A DNA stretch of 64,000 nucleotides from Okamejei kenojei (taxonomy: Eukaryota): assembly GCA_035221665.1 (NCBI GenBank), contig CM069157.1:17980001-18044000 (forward strand). Direction: 5' to 3'. A program made the position numbers and the translations under genes. Below, piece by piece: positions 63,628-64,000 of this stretch (the first letter of the stretch is position 1; every line of letters starts with the position of its first letter). The notes below the pieces were generated by a model. That model ran no database searches and was not told the origin of the DNA. It saw only the letters and a list, made by a program, of their open reading frames with translations.

Positions 63628-63773
63628 CCCTTACAATCAGTCTGAAGAAGGGTCTCAACCTGAAACATCGCCTATCCGTGTTCTCCAGAGATGCTGCCTG
63701 ACCTGCTGAGATATTCCAGAACTTTGTGTCTTTTTTTTCCCCATAAGCCAGCATCTGCAGTTCCTTATTTCTA
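63628..63773 (+). mobile_element. Solo Penelope pLTR-type insert with 16-bp TSD
   Basis: caaattcctgtagcct duplicated at 63612-63627 and 63774-63789; begins with cagtCTGAAGAagggtctcaacctGAAACATCgcc. Confidence 0.85.
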
Positions 63774-64000
63774 CAAATTCCTGTAGCCTTGTTTTAGGCA
63801 CACTTTATTTTAAGCAGAAGATGAATCCCACAATTATAGAGGCTTTTACCCAAGTAAACTTGCCCATTCTATTTTGGTTGTTGACTCACTGAGGCTACAG
63901 CCTGGTAAAATTACTCAAGTCATCCACTTCTCAACTGTACTTCTTATTACTGCGCGGTTGAGATGTAACTGATATTTATGTCCATGACAAAAGCAGTTCA

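Overview
Eukaryotic (vertebrate) genomic DNA, most likely from a cartilaginous fish such as a skate or ray. That assignment is inferred from the HE1/V-SINE-like, CR1 and Penelope repeat families and has moderate confidence. The whole window lies inside one minus-strand gene, the spectraplakin MACF1. I traced 20 GT-AG exons of the spectrin-repeat rod that join in phase from 63503 down to 421. The 25.8-kb intron (8083-33901) holds a 3.6-kb KIAA0754-like alternative first coding exon. It has an N-myristoylation-type start, two internal protein repeat arrays and an apparent 1-nt frameshift just before a phase-compatible splice donor. The introns contain CR1, L1, Rex1 and Penelope fragments, tRNA-derived SINEs, a full-length-sized decayed Tc1 element and Harbinger MITEs. 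The least expected signals are RNA structures. One is a compact HDV-like ribozyme fold at the 5' end of a 142-bp TSD-flanked retro-insert, sense to the MACF1 pre-mRNA. The other is a set of about 15 Penelope-derived short elements, many carrying minimal hammerhead cores. All homology calls come from motif recognition, not database searches. Repeat boundaries are approximate unless a TSD or TIR is quoted.
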